Shown here: positions 53,664-53,885 of the stretch, in pieces
Numbering within the stretch: the first letter of the stretch is position 1
Layout: each line of letters opens with the position of its first letter
Assembly: GCA_001275005.1 (NCBI GenBank)
Contig: JWZX01002919.1
Location: forward strand, 1 to 53,885
Origin: Chrysochromulina tobinii
Lineage: Eukaryota
Direction of reading: 5' to 3'
DNA length: 53,885 nucleotides
The notes under the pieces: model-generated
The model's database searches: none
What the model was told of the DNA's origin: nothing
The model's input: only the letters and a program-made list of their open reading frames with translations
Made by a program: the position numbers and the translations under genes

Positions 53664-53885
53664 TCACTCCACGGAGACGCTTTGAGATTCCGTTCCATTC
53701 CGGACCACTGCACGCGTACCGAACCGGCGCGGACGCCGCGCCGCGCGCCGGCGGAACGTCGTGTGCAACGTGCAAGCCCGGTGAAGCTTATGGAGAGTGC
53801 GATCGGCCTCCTCGAGTAGAGGACGACCGGCCGGCACGAATCTGCCTAGGGGCGACCTTGGAGGCATCGGCTCCGCTGAGCCCCA
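53664..53885 (-). CDS. Possible 3' end of a gene running in from beyond the window
   Basis: Frame open from the window edge to the stop at 53664; no recognisable motif. Confidence 0.3.
   Translation of the reverse strand, partial: WGSAEPMPPRSPLGRFVPAGRPLLEEADRTLHKLHRACTLHTTFRRRAARRPRRFGTRAVVRNGTESQSVSVE

Overview
Gene-dense, GC-rich eukaryotic nuclear DNA with few, short GT-AG introns. It is most consistent with a microalga such as a haptophyte; this is inferred from gene content and intron style and is not proven. About 23 protein-coding genes can be modelled. They include SMC5 head-to-head with ATG5, a ~2180-aa soluble adenylyl cyclase (ADCY10-like), four EF-hand proteins (one a ~1920-aa multidomain protein), and a synaptobrevin with Asn at the zero layer. 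Also present are GH76 and GH2 glycosidases, a GT31-ShKT fusion, a prolyl 4-hydroxylase, an EGF/extensin-like protein, a secreted cereblon (CULT)-like protein, a RING protein and an RluA pseudouridine synthase. The most unexpected signal is intergenic. Three insertions are bounded by exact 13-16 bp target-site duplications (TSDs) and carry microsatellite tails: a 1.9-kb 5'-truncated LINE-like element ending in two ZZ-like zinc fingers, a 96-bp 3'-end fragment, and a 131-bp insert with inverted (AACTG)n tails at both ends. Two of these TSDs share TATCGTTC. There is also a two-copy structured SINE-like element just upstream of genes, and many TA-flanked palindromes (TACATGTA x6) that resemble DNA-transposon excision footprints. 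No rRNA, tRNA or CRISPR array was seen. Gene models were assembled by eye and no database searches were run.
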